Shown: positions 12,825 to 25,779 of the stretch, piece by piece | How the letters are laid out: every line of letters starts with the position of its first letter | Position numbering within the stretch: position 1 is the first letter of the stretch | DNA from: Takakia lepidozioides | Lineage: Eukaryota; Plantae; Bryophyta | Length of the DNA stretch: 64,000 nucleotides | Direction of reading: 5' to 3' | NCBI GenBank assembly: GCA_030704615.1 | Contig: CM060731.1 | Location: forward strand, 28,210,001 to 28,274,000 | The notes under the pieces: model-generated | Databases searched by the model: none | The model's input: the letters and a program-made list of their open reading frames with translations, nothing else | What the model was told of the DNA's origin: nothing | Program-made: the position numbers and the translations under genes

Positions 12825-14245
12825 CAGTATCCTCCTCCACCATATTTGCCAACCCCTAATAGCTATGGGGGTGGCAGGCCACCGGAATATCCTCCTGCTT
12901 ATGGACAGTATGGCCAGTATGGTCCTCGGCCTTCTGGCCAACAACCATGGCCACCAGTCCCTACTTGGCAGGATCCTGCTTTGAATTCTCCTGAGCGCAC
13001 GGAGGTCTCTGAAGGAAGGGAGGGTGCCGTTTCAAATAATGATAGAACCAATGCTTTAAGGAGGGCTAATAGCTCAGCCAAAATTGAAGCTGCCAAGGTC
13101 AAGGAAGAGAGAATATCTGCAGGTCTTCCTCCCACGGTGATCTTGACGAACCTCAAAGGAGCCCCGTATGGTCAGACCCGGAATGTATGGCACGCTGCCT
13201 TTAAAGGACAGGCTTATCGCAAGCTAGATTGTTCCCTTGCCATCAACAACCAACCTGATGAAGTTGTATACGAAATCAGAGATCACCTGGCTAAGCTATT
13301 TTCATATATGCCGCACGAGTTAAAAGACTTCCACCTAAAACAAACAATTGGCAGAATAATGAAGAGTCAGCGTTATGAAGCACACACTGCGTGGTTGGGT
13401 GGTAAGGGGAAACCCATTACTGTATCTGACGAGGTATGGAACAAGCTTGTAAGTTACTGGCAGACAGAGGTGTTCCACAAAGTGTCGGGCAACATGAAGA
13501 AGGCAAATGGTGCAATTCTGAATCCTACCAAGACTGGCCGTGGTGGGTAGGCAATGGTAGAAGCACGCTTGGTAAGTGGCATCATCACGACTCTGTATTT
13601 TGTTCCTCATTGAATTGCTATGTGTATATAATCAGCCCTCACATTGCTTACTGACTTGTGGCATGGGTTTGTTTGTGGCATGGATTAATTTGTAGGAAAC
13701 ACTATCAGGGTGCCCTCCTACATTATATGAAATTCAAGAGGGTTCAGTGTCACGGTTGTCAGCTGGGAGTGACAGGCGGGTAAGTGTGTTTTCCACGTTT
13801 GCAAGAGTGGTTGCTGCATCATAGGTTGCTAGGGTTTTTTTCACGGCTTTTGGCCTGGGTTTTCTTTCCAATGGTTGTTCATGCTAGGTTTTTTGGGTTT
13901 GATTCATACTTGGGCAAGTTTTCATGGATTGGCAGGAGGGAAGTCTCGCATATTCTACAGTAGTTGGCAGGATGGATGGCTTGGACAAACTGGTGGAATC
14001 ACAAGGACGTGACATGGCAGAATTAAAATTACAGATGCAGAGTATGATTGAGTACCAGAAAGCCATTGTGACGAGATTGGGGATTAATCTACCAGGCACA
14101 GGACCAGTGACATCTACGATGGATACGTCTGCTGTGACAGTATCAAAATGTTTGGAATCCCAATTTCAGACGGTAACTGGTGCTCACTCTAAGCCCTTAT
14201 GTCTTCCTGTCACTGATGATCTTTTGAATTTGACCGAGCAGCAGC
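12816..14245 (+). pseudogene. CACTA/En-Spm TnpA-like (Ptta/Transposase_24-type) gene, 3' part
   Basis: Pro/Tyr/Gln-rich start, then VWNKLVSYWQT..VSGNMKKAN..KTGRGG, in-frame stop, GT donor at about 13572 and a later coiled-coil exon. Confidence 0.55.
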
Positions 14246-14249
14246 AGGA

Positions 14250-14769
14250 TACAGGGATTTCTCTTTTTTGGGCCGAAAACTGGCTAAGTCCCAACATGCA
14301 CTGGTACAGTATCTGGAAAAATGGCGCCGAATTTCCCTATTTTGCGCCAAAAATTGGCTAAATCCGAACATGCACGCCGAATTACCTGTCATGAGGGGAC
14401 CTATAGCCGCGGAATTCGGCACCATTTTTTGCCAGAGAGACCTATTACCGCGAAATACGTCGCCGTTTTTTCATGTTACGGACCCTATTACCGCGAAATT
14501 CAGCGCCATATTTGCACATGTCGCTGGGAATTGGCATGAGCGGAAGACGAAATATCATGAGCACAACTGTCAAAACTGCAATTTTCTCTTCAAGGGGCCG
14601 AATAATATATTTGTTTTTCCTGACACATTGCATTAAATTTTTATTTTTTTTTTTATTGTTTTTTATTTTCAAAATTTGTACTTCTGCTCATGAAAACCGA
14701 TTGTCTTACTACTCCGCTCATGCCGCTCATGCCGCTCATGCTCATGAAATAGCAAACCTCGCCATACTG
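14250..14769 (+). mobile_element. MULE transposase-side terminus (...GCTCATGAAATAGCAAACCTC, ends 14760) with internal AAAATGGCGCCGAATTT-like repeats + TSD (14761-14769)
   Basis: Matches the 49799-49819 terminus with 1 mismatch; GCCGCTCAT tandem repeats; flanking gccatactg is the reverse complement of cagtatggc. Confidence 0.8.
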
Positions 14770-15860
14770 CCCATATGGAGGAGCACCATATTGACCCTGA
14801 CCATACTGAGTGCCAGACTGTGGGTACTGAGGCATACCATAATAAGGTGGGGGTACTGGTGGCACAGAACCCACAACGTTGGGAGAGTTAGGGCCACCTC
14901 CTGCGTTCTTGTGGGCGCCATCTCCATTGCTAGCAGCAGGGATCGTGGATCCAGTGCGCTTGTGCTTGCCCTGAAAAGAAATTCCCCCAGTACAATGTGG
15001 GTGATTACACATACATATAGGCAGCAAGCAGCAAATCCTTGAATTCAGGCAAAACAAACTGGAAGCACATATCATTTGTAAAGACAAGATTACCCAAAAC
15101 TCAATATGATCTTGGGCAGTAAATCTCCCAAATTTGATTGGCCCCAATGATGTCCTCCCAGTACATTTTTGAGCCCTCTTAGGTATGGGGTGTTCTTGAA
15201 ATCCATAGCAAGAATTCAAATGGACAAACCTGATGGGTCCATGAGAAGTATCCCTCCAAGTTTTACTGATATTCTGGGTGCATAAGTAACCCAAGTATCT
15301 CTATAAGTAGCCATTGTAGCTTAGTACCAGGACGTTGATTTCATGGGGCAAAGAATTTGAACACACCTGAAGTCTACATTGGCCTGACATCATGCCTTTG
15401 GCACTTCAACTTGTCTAGTGGAAATCATTTGTGATTGTGCCTTGACTGACCCCTGCATTGTCCAACTTCCCTGTCTTGACAGACATACCCTATCTCTTCG
15501 TGATTTTACCAAAAACATACATAATTAGAATCATGGTCATTGTGAAGAACTATAACTCACAGACGGAGAAGGTGTTCGTAGTGTAGATGATGGGCGTTTT
15601 TGTCCTGCGACATGAGCATGGGCATGTTCTCCTCAGCTTGCCGTGGCATCCGCCGACGACGCACTCGCCTCGCACTGGCGTGGGAGGAGTGGATCGTCCT
15701 CATCGTCCTCAGAAGAGCCTTCATGCAAAATCGTAGTCTTCATCGTCTTCAGTCTGGCACTTTGCCTTGCAGGACCTTGATCCCTACTTTTTTCCTTCGG
15801 AGCGCGTGGCTTGCGAGGGCGATTCGCTCCCGCAAGCCTGCACAAACACCTCCATGACCT
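14761..15860 (-). pseudogene. 5' part of the CACTA TnpA-like gene interrupted by the MULE
   Basis: ...PPPYYGMPQYPQSGTQYGQGQYGAPPYGQYG joins QYPPPPYL... at 12825 through the duplicated QYG codons (the TSD). Upstream basic/acidic exon at about 15600-15860. Confidence 0.55.
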
Positions 15861-16417
15861 CCCTCTCAAACAATCACAAACAAATGTAAGCATACATACC
15901 CTAATACTCTTAAGCCTACGCTGAACCACAGCCGCACCCTACCAGGACGTAATGCCTGCCCACGAATGACGACGGACATCTCCCGCTTAATGACACACCC
16001 TCCTCAAACCTAATCGTCACTCACTGCATGTTGTTTGCCTCTTTGTTTGTACAAGTCGCAGCTACTCGCCCCCATTTGTGCTATGAAGCTTATGATCGCT
16101 GTAGGAAGGTTAGAGGATAAGGCAAATCGCAAGTTTAGTGGGTGGGTATCCAAAGTCAGGAACTAAACTCACCCATCTATCGATTGCTTGAACGTTGCTT
16201 CCACCTCCTTTATGGCAGCAATCCGGCGCTCTCGGAACTTCTCGTACTCAGTGAGAGGGACTGTCACTTCGAAGACCTTCCGCTTCACCATGGACACTCA
16301 GAAACGATACTTATAGTATACTATAGATATAGAAATAGCACATTGGCAGCTGGTGCAAAACTAGAGACAATGCACTGTGCGTAGCATGCAAAGAGGGAAG
16401 GGGTGACGTTTCAAAGC

Positions 16418-19400
16418 ATGTACAGTGCAGGTGGCGAACGGATGCGTAGGCGTAGAATAGATGACCGTCTATGGCGAATGGAAGAAGCTTATGCCACAAG
16501 GAATGGGCATACAAAAATGCTATGCAACTGCGATGAGTGTCATGGAGGAAAAGTACTCTTGTTGGAAACAGTGAGGAATCATTACATGATACACGGGAGG
16601 GATCCTCTTCTCCAACACTGTTCTCTTCCGGTAAGATCGCCACTTTCCCTTCAGCACTTTAGTTTGAATTTTGAATGCAACGATCCTCTTCTCCACATGT
16701 CGACATTTCGTTGGGTGATTGTAGTCAAGAAGTCATAAGATACAGATGTGAGTATGACTACGCCACTTCCGTTATCACTTTAATTAATGCACATGTCGTG
16801 TTTTCATTGGTCATGTGTAGTCATGTAGTCATATATGTTCATAATATGAACAAGTGTCACATCGTTGTTGATCCACTCACAAGATGACTATTGGGATGCA
16901 GGGATGTGAATATTCAGATGATGAAGACGAAGGCCCTGCGGCACAGCGGGAGCCCAATGTCACAGAGAACGCAGATGAGAGTGGTGGATTGGAGGTAGAA
17001 ATGCAGCGTGCATTGCAGGAAGCGTTTCTCTTTGCAGATGCAAACATAGAGGACCCCATTCATGGTGGAACCGATCACACATTTGCCGATCATGACGATG
17101 ATCTCGACGATTCCAGAGACAATGAATTTGATGAGAATGCTCACCTGCACGTTGATCCCGAGTATGATAAACTCTTCCGAGCGTCGCAATGTCCACTTTT
17201 TGAAGGGTGCTCCATCAGCCGGCTGCAAGCAACTTTGACGTTGCTGAACGCATGCACTACCCACAAGTGCACCAATGCATTTGTGGATGAGCTTCTGGGA
17301 TTGTTGCGTAAGAGTTTTTTGCCTAGAGAGAATTCATTGCCGAAAACTCACTATGAAGCAAAAACCATGATTGCCAAGATGGGATTGCAGTACACGATGA
17401 TTCATGCCTGTGAGCGTGGTTGTGTACTCTTCCGTGGGGAGTATGAGAATGTAGACATTTGCCCAGTGTGCCGCAGTTCTCGTTACATTCCAGGTCGTGG
17501 AAGTGTGCCCAAGAAAGTATTGCGACACTTCCCTGTCATTCCAAGGTTGAAACGTATGTACCGATGTAAATCGATCGCTAACCTCATGACATGGCACGAC
17601 AGACATAAGAGCCAGGATGGGTTGGTTTGACATCCAGCTGATAGCAAAGCATAGAGACACATTGACACCACATTTGCAGATTTTGCTGCAGAGCCACGAT
17701 CTCTGCGATTTGGATTGGCCTTAGACGGTGTAAATCCCTACGGAGCTCAATCCACAAGTTGGAGCACATGGCCCGTTCTCTTGGTCAATTACAATCTGCC
17801 TCCGTGGTTAATGACCAAAAAGTTCTTTGTCATGTTAGCGCTACTGATTCCTGGTAAGGAGTCTGTTACCTCGGACAACGTAGATGTTTACCTGATGCCC
17901 CTAGTGGAAGAGCTATTGGAACTATGGAGAGGGATTGCAGCTCATGATGTTTCCCGTCCTCGTGGTCAACGCGAATTCACACTGAGGGCAGTGTTGATGT
18001 GGTCAATCCATTACTACCCTGCATATGGCTTGCTCTCAGGTCAAGTGACGAAAGGTTATGCTGGTTGTCCAGCTTGTGGACCCGGGGTGACTTCACAGTA
18101 GTTACACACATGTGGAAAAATTGTTTTCCTAGGCCACCGAAGATTTTTGGCCCGCAATCATCCATATAGAAGGTCAAGAATGTTCAATGGCGCTAGTGAG
18201 TATGGAACTCCTCCAAAAACGCAGACTGGAACACAAATCAAGGACCTTGCAACAGCTCGCACTGCATGGGTGGAAAACGGAGGGACGCCAGATAGCAGGA
18301 CAGACCCAGCAAAAACTTATGGAGTTAAGCGATTGTCAATTTTATATGTCTTACCTTATTGGGAGGAAATTCCTTCATGGCCTTTTAAATTGGCTGTGTA
18401 TATTTTTGCGTTTTCTGTTTAAATTGTGATGAGTTAATGCCTCAATTGCTTATGTGTTCATTTTGTAGGGTCTCCTCATCCGCCACACGTTTGACGCAAT
18501 GCATTGCGAGAAGAACTTGGTTGAAAATATTATTAAAACTATCTTTGGTGAGAAAGACACATTGAAAGTTCGCCGTGATTTGGAGCTACTTGGGATGCGC
18601 CCGGAATTGTGGCTACAACGTGATCCTGACAGAGCAGATACGTTAATTATGCCTCCTGCCCCTTATGTCCTCACTGAGGCTGAGTTACAAGTCTTTCTGG
18701 AGATTGTGCAGAACTTGAAAGTGCCAATAGGCTACGCATCAACTTTCAAAAAGCATGTGGTGAAGAAGAAGTTGTCAGGCATGAAATCACATGACTATCA
18801 TGTGCTCATGCAGCAAATTATACCGCTTGCTATCCGTGGGCTCATGCCAAGTGGTCCTCGAAGGGCCATTTTGCGAGTATGTCGTGTATTTCAGAAGTTG
18901 TGTGCAAAAGTGGTGAATCCTGTAGAGTATGAGGAATTGAGAACTGAAGCAGTTCACACTCTGTGTCTTATAGAGAAGGAGTTCCCACCATCATTTTTTG
19001 ATGTGATGACACATCTGGTTGTTCACCTAGTGGATGAGTTGTACTTATGCGGGCCCGTAGCATCTCGTTGGATGTACCCCATGGAGCGGGCAATGAAAGA
19101 TATGAAGGGCTACGTAAGAAACATGGCAAGGCCCGAGGGGAGCATGGCAGAAGGATACCAATTTGAAGAAGCATTAGGTTTTTGCACAGAGTATATGGCA
19201 AGATTTGATGGAAGTGTACAAAGGGTGTGGGATGCAGATGAGGCAGAATCTGTGGAACGTGAAGTTGTGGAAGGAAGTTCTAAAGCCCAAAAATTGAATG
19301 ACCTGTATGATATTGTACATGAGTACATCATTCAGAACCATCCTCGTCTATCAGTCATATTGGGGTAAGAAATCTACTTCATTGACATTCAGATTTCCAA

Positions 19401-19780
19401 GTTTTAGTCATTTATCATTAGTTGGCATATGGCGTCTTTTCAAGTCTCCCACGCCACCTCTGTCAATCTCCTGGCTGACCCTCGGATTGTGACAGGATAT
19501 ATGAAGCAGAGTCCACACGGATAGAAGCCAGACGACGCTTGTTTCGTGAGGAGCAAGGGCTGGAAGGCATGAGCAATCCCACGACAATTCAGTACCCTCC
19601 TTATTTGCATCCTTGTCCTCCATTTGCTGTTTGGCTCCCTCAAGGTGTACGGGATCATCTCTCAATTCAATCAGATGGGCTTGATCCTACAACACGTGAG
19701 GAATTACTGGATCTTTCAAGGCCTCCATCATTTACTGCCCTGTCATTCAAGAGTATGACAGCATATGGTAACCATTACAA
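16418..19780 (+). pseudogene. CACTA/En-Spm TnpD transposase (Transpos_assoc, Tnp2, DUF4218)
   Basis: CNCDEC..VRNHY; IHACERGCVLF..CPVC; LALDGVNPYG..STWPVLLVNYNLPP; DAMHCEKN; GMKSHDYHV; WMYPMER; RPEGSMAEGY. Stops at about 17628, 17652 and 18099; several introns. Confidence 0.92.
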
Positions 19781-19784
19781 GGCA

Positions 19785-20410
19785 GTAAGTATTATGGTGA
19801 CAAGAACTCCAAAATCATCCTCTCCCAGTTTGTCATTGAGAATCACCTCATCCGGAATGCAAGCTTGAATCCTCCCCTCGAATAGTGCACCCCCATCATC
19901 ACCCAAAAGTACGTACTGCAAGTTTCTCCAGTTGTTTCTTCCAAGTCCTCCGCTCGGATTCTCGGAACTCTTCGATGTACTGTGGTTTGATTCATCCTCG
20001 TGGACATCAAAATTTTCGGCAGTATCCCTTGTCTCCGCCGTAAAATCAAGATTCATGTCATGCCCTCCTTGATACTCGTTATTCTCCGCATGAACTTCGT
20101 CAACATTCCACACCACCGGGGTCCCAATGGCCTCCTTCAAGGGGTCAGCATCCATATGTCCATAAGGAAGAGGACATAATGCGTGTGCTTCAATATAAAT
20201 AGGAGATGAGAAACTGAAATGGTTGAGGAAGATAATTGATGTCCATGACAGGTCCCAATCCCGGAGGCAGTAAGGCAGTCCCCAGTTGCTACTGAAGATG
20301 AAGACCCGGGAAGAGTAAGAAACACTCTTTGACCCGTCTCTATGCTCATGATCACCGGAACCTCCACTGCACACGCGAGGTTCAAGAAACTGAAAACCCC
20401 TCCGTAACAA
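19785..20410 (-). pseudogene. Probable CACTA accessory ORF fragment
   Basis: 211-aa ORF ending LFEGRIQACIPDEVILNDKLGEDDFGVLV, reminiscent of Tnp1/En-Spm C-terminal domains; cut at an inversion junction. Confidence 0.3.
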
Positions 20411-20605
20411 CCTTACTCACAGAAGTTTTCAGTATGAATCAAAATTCTATTCAGAGATGAATCAATACAAAAAAAAGAAATACCCTCGTGTAAGAATGTT
20501 TCAGAGAAGTAGAATAGAAATGGAATTACGGTTTGGTCTGGAACATGTAATGTGAAGATGGAGTCTAATTATATAACCTCCACTGTACAGTGAAGGTTGG
20601 ATGAG

Positions 20606-21295
20606 CGTCGTGCGCATACATATCGCTACACAACTACATCGTTGTCCAAAACCACACAACACATGTGCACGCCACACACTAGTATATCACTAGTCCTCTA
20701 GTCCAGCCATCCAACCACTAGGCTACAACTAGTCAGTCACTAGGCTGCCACTATGCTGCCCACTATGGCAGTCACTAGTCCACACAATAGATAAAGAAGA
20801 AGAATACAAGCACGAGCTCACAAATCTGAAGCATAAACTCATGCATATATAACCTCATCACTCAAATACAAGTCAAGCCAAGTGCACCCCACGCCATGGG
20901 GAATCCACACTACGGTGCCATAGCTAGGCGCGGTGAGGCTCAACTCGAGAAAGATAAGCCTCCCGCGCTTGCCGTGAAGATAACCACTCCAGGGCCTAAA
21001 TCTGCCTTGATCCCTGGATTGACACTTGGGCCAATCCCAAATGTCAATATGTAAAAGCTAGCTATTTCCTAGCTAGTTTCACACTAGTGGTAAAATAACT
21101 TGACAGCTGTCGTGCGTATACATATCGCTACACAACTACATCGCTGTCCAAAACCACACAACACATATGCACGCCACACACTAGTATATCACTAGTCCAC
21201 CACTAGTCCAGCCACTAGTCCAACCACTAGGCTACAACTAGTCAGTCACTAGGCTGCCACTATGCTGCCCACTATGGCAGTCACTAGTCCACACA
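20606..21295 (-). repeat. Two about 185-bp LTR-like direct repeats (20606-20786, 21108-21295)
   Basis: Near-identical copies. The right copy reads TG...CA on the minus strand and is preceded by a purine tract (aggggggcg, about 21298-21310). Confidence 0.65.
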
Positions 21296-21500
21296 ATCGC
21301 CCCCCTAGCTGGTGCTTAGGTCCCTCTAAGTCCAGGTAGCCACAAGATGTGATAGTGACCATAGCCTCACTAAGTCCTCCACCACTATCCCTACTACACT
21401 CAAACTCGATAGATCAAGAGGCCGGGTGCAAGAGTTGCCCCATTGTTAGTCGCCGTCTTGCAACCTGTGAACTTGAGCTTGGGATCTCATGTATTGACTC

Positions 21501-22050
21501 CTATGAGCTTGGCCTCCCATGTCTTGTTAGCTGCCTCCAGTCATGTCCACTGCCACTATCCCAAGCAGTGTGGACACAACCAATCTCCGTCGGGAACCTC
21601 TCAAGAGGTGGTGTCAAACATCCCATATGCCAACTCCTTGAGCATCGATCACACACCAGCATGGTGGCTGCCCCTTTGGCAGACCCACAGAGCATGCACC
21701 TCAAACCTGCAGGTACCACTGCCAAGTTTGGGTCAACTTTGCTATCGACATTGGGAAGGTGACATGGCACACAATTACTCACATGGTCCTTCCAAGTCAT
21801 GCCATCCCGACCCTCCAAGATCAGGACCCCTGAGGGCAACACGTCTTGAACCCTCAGAATAACACGCCCTGCAGTAACATCCAGAGTCGTAGGAGCAGTC
21901 TGCTGCAAATAAACATAGTCACCAGGGCTAAACCTCCGAACCCCAGGACGATATCCTCCACCACGTATAGTGGCATATCTCAACGTATCACGGTGCTGTG
22001 CAATGGCAAGGTTCTCAAAAGTCATGGGCATGACTTTCTTGAACAACTCT
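21501..22050 (-). mobile_element. Ty3/gypsy integrase C-terminal region with PHD finger
   Basis: FSPGDYVYL..; CMLC..CDRC..WHMGCLTPPL PHD signature; lies upstream of the PPT/LTR. Confidence 0.7.
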
Positions 22051-22063
22051 GCACGCTGATCAC

Positions 22064-22435
22064 ATGCACGTACAGTATTGGTGGCGTGGTATGCATACAG
22101 AGGTGCAACAGTTTGTGGCTAGGTGCATGGTGTGTGACAGGGTGCGTGCTTTATTTAACGCCCCTACACCACAGTTGCATCCTTTACCAATCATGGGATT
22201 GGGCTACAGGTGGAGTCTTGACTTCGCAGGACCGTTGCCATTGACTATGCGTCACCACAGATATGTGTTGGTGTTGGTGATGGTGGAGCACTTCTCCAAG
22301 TGGATTGAGTTGGTTCCATTGCCTGACAAGGCTAGTGAGGGGGCTGCGTATGCATTCTTAGATCGTGTGCTTAGCCGATTCGGTGCTCCAGCTGAGGTAC
22401 TCACGGACCAAGGGAGAGAGTTCTTGGGGGACACT
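22064..22435 (+). mobile_element. Ty3/gypsy integrase core fragment (inverted relative to its C-terminus)
   Basis: YWWRGM..CMVC; WSLDFAGPLP; VEHFSKWIE; RFGAPAEVLTDQGREF. Confidence 0.9.
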
Positions 22436-23689
22436 ATAAGAGATGAGCGTTTTTAGGACTACGGGTTTGGCGGAGTCATAAAAACTGCACTAGGTACATG
22501 ACTACAGAGCGCTGAAATGCATTACAATTTTAGTTTTATGACTTTGTAGTAATTGATATCACTACATGACTCCGGAAAGTTAGGGAGCATTGGTCAAACA
22601 TTGTTGACCATGATGACAGGGATGGTTTATATGACTAGTGTGATATGTTTTACTACACGTGGACGACGTTTCATGGAATCTTATGACTCCATGACTGAAG
22701 ATGGTTTCAGAGCTCTATTTATACACGTGTCATTTTGAAGGCACATATAATGCAAATAAGGTTGCCCATTAGGTTTAAAAAAGTTAAATTTTTTGCTAAT
22801 AAGGTTGCCCATTAGTGTAATCGTGAACAGAAAAGAGGGCTAGGACTTGGCGTCTTTTTGTCTCCTGCGCCACACCACATAGCTGAGGGATGGAACGCGA
22901 TGATAGCAGGATATGCAGGGGCGTGAGATGGAGGCGTTGAGCAAATGATGCACGAAGGAGGAGAGGAGGACGAGACGAGACGAGACGAGGACAACCGAGC
23001 TCGCCGTTCTTGGGACAGTCAGCTTGGTCTTAGCAAGCGTGTTTCAATCTCTGACTACTCATCTACGCCGTAGTGGTTCGATCTGATAGACCAATCCGAC
23101 ATTACCTGACTATAGACACAAGCAGCACACACAAGAGGTCATCGGTCAAATCCTCCATGGGTCAGGACAGGTCAAGGACAATGTGGTAGGGCACCTTCTT
23201 CTTCAACCTATTTCAGCCTGTGTTGCCCTCTCATCAGACTCGGCCGCAAGATGCATATTGAATTCTGTAAGTTAGGTCGTTGGGTACATCTGTGGTGGTT
23301 TGGAGTGACTTTGGCAAGTTACTGCCAGTGTGGCAGTAGGGAAGTATCCAAAAACATATAATAGTGAGGAGAAGCGGTGGGGTGAACACTTTCCGACCCC
23401 AATGGTGGGACAATGGAGACAAAAAGGCGAATGCCTGTTGGACTACAGAGAGAAGCAGATGCATTTCAGATTGTGATAAGTAGGGTTGGGGTGTTTTGGG
23501 GAAGAACTCCACACCAGTATGGTTGGGGTGTTTGCTGGTAGAATTGTAGGCTGTCAGAGGCATGGATAGCTGAAGGAGCAGGGATAGAGTGTGGGTCCAC
23601 ATTCATCCAAGAGGGCTGGATTTCAAGCTCCACATTACCTATGATTCCCTGTGGAAGGATAGGTACAAGAAACCTACATGGGTAGATGG

Positions 23690-24646
23690 TCAACTGGAAG
23701 CGACATGCTGTACTATATGTCATTCCAGAGACTGTCATTGTTGGTCCATGTGTTTTACAACAATGCTATCAATATAAGACTCCTGGTTCGCATTGGAAGC
23801 TCAATCCCTGCAAGTTCATTGTGTGTGAAGCTCAAACTTGCGATTTGAAGGATCTTGTAGCCAAGTTCATTCAACCGGAAAGGAGAAATTCTGAAAGCTC
23901 CCAAATTTGATGTGGGCAAGCTTATGGAGGTAAGACTTAGCGTCCCTCCTCTAATGTAAGTGTTGGATAAGTTTCATTTAGTGTCGACCTTCACTGCATA
24001 TATTGGCTCTTTTCTTGGCTGGTTTCATATTTTCTTGGCTGGTATGCTGTTGGTTGGCTTCTTTCATTTCACGTGTGTAGTGGAAGGGGAGAAGTACTTT
24101 CCTAAGTTCTGCTGCAACAATGTCTTTTTCCAGCCTAGATGTTTTCGATGGATACAAATTGAAGTGTTTTGAATGTTGCTGCAATACTATAATAAAGTGG
24201 AGGGTGCTGAATGCAGTTGGCCTTGCTTCGTGCAGGCATAATCCAGGGAAATGTGGACATAGCTGAAACCCCATGATAGCATTTCCAGAGGACGGTGTGG
24301 ATGGCCTCACAATCCAGCATGCAAAATCCATGACAATGTGGAGCTGGCTGAATGGGCAAACAGGTTAAGTGGCGAACAAGCCACGTCACTGGTACATAGT
24401 TGCATGCTTACATAGTACATGAAAGCGTACTATTTGTCATTCCCGAAATTGACCATGTTGGTCCATGTATTTTACAACAATGCTATCAATAAAATACCAA
24501 TGGTTCGCATTGGAAACTCTATCCCCGTAAGTGGCTTGTGCGTGATGCTCAAACTTGTGATTTGAAGGATCTTATACCCCAGTTCATTGCAGAGGTCATT
24601 GGAAAAGACATTGAGAAAGCAACAGCCGTTATCTATAATCTACAGA
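23690..24646 (+). pseudogene. RPS3A: Duplicated chimeric segment containing 40S ribosomal protein S3a (eS1) fragments (about 23822-23872 and 24538-24646) and PPR E-domain scraps
   Basis: VRDAQTCDLKDLIPQFIAEVIGKDIEKATAVIYNLQ and EAQTCDLKDLVAKFI match the eS1 C-terminal region; CKIHDNVELAEW is E-domain-like. Confidence 0.65.
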
Positions 24647-25039
24647 TCCCCTTCAATTTCATGTGGGAAAGCCGGCCGGCTGGAGGTCTAGTCTCACTTT
24701 CACTCATCTAATGTCAGTGTTGTATCCATTGCAATGTGGAGATGTTTGAAACAACATTGGAGCATTTCCAGAGGATGGTCTGGATGGCCTTTCGTGGCGT
24801 GTGCCGAATCCATGGCAAGAAAACATTGCAGGCAGAACCCATGGCAATGGTACCAGCACGGGTTGGTCCAAAGCCAATTGCAACAACAAATGAATAAAGG
24901 GTGCTGAAAGGAAATAACTCCATAATTGATCATAAAATCCAATGTCCAAGCATGATATCTTAATGGGAATGCGAAGGGAGTGTTACCACCTTAAACTATC
25001 ATGCATGGTCTATAACTGGAGTGCACAAATCGCGCATAT

Positions 25040-25775
25040 CTAATCTTCATCATCCTCATCTATGTCTGGGTCACTACATGTATCACTGTCTTCATCACAG
25101 ACTTCAACTTCTCCAAGGGTTGGCTGAATATCATCACCACGTATACGGGGTGCTCGGAGGTACAAGGAGGCCACCTGCTCTGGAGTAACCGGTACCGCTC
25201 GGCTGCACGTTGGGCCATCAGTAACCACAGTCTCCTCTAGTCTTTGTGGGGCTAACAATCCTTCCACTTCCGCCACATCATCATCATCAATTGATATGTC
25301 GCAGACCACTCTACGTGCTCGGGGGCTCTTCTCCAGGACGACTTTCCACCCCGGCTCCTTCACACAATCAGAAAAAAACACTTGATCAACCTGGCCAGGA
25401 AACACAAAAGGTTGCTCAGAAGGTGGAAGCATACGGTTAAAATTGACAAGTGTGAAGCCAGCATCATCCTGCTTCATTGACATAGGTTGACGACCCACGC
25501 GACTCGCCCGTACCCACGAACACAAAAACACTATAGGCTGTGTTTGGCCATAGTCAATTTGCAAAATCTCCCTTATAAGACCCACATATCTTGTAGGTTC
25601 CTCCATGTCATTGCCTGAATTGTTGGTAATGGGCTGGTGCTGGAAAATAGATGAGACTCCACAATCAAAAGACACCATACTTGTTGTGTTCATGCCGGGG
25701 GATGTTGAGTAAACAGGGTTGGTTGTCAAGTCTCCATAGGAACCGTGGAGTGAAGAGGCGACGCCCACGGACGCT
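25040..25775 (-). pseudogene. CACTA TnpD C-terminal exon (DUF4216), inverted relative to 16418-19780
   Basis: YVGLIREILQIDY..VFLCSW..DDAGFTLVNF..EQPFVFPGQVDQVFFSD..WKVVL. Confidence 0.85.
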
Positions 25776-25779
25776 TCAG

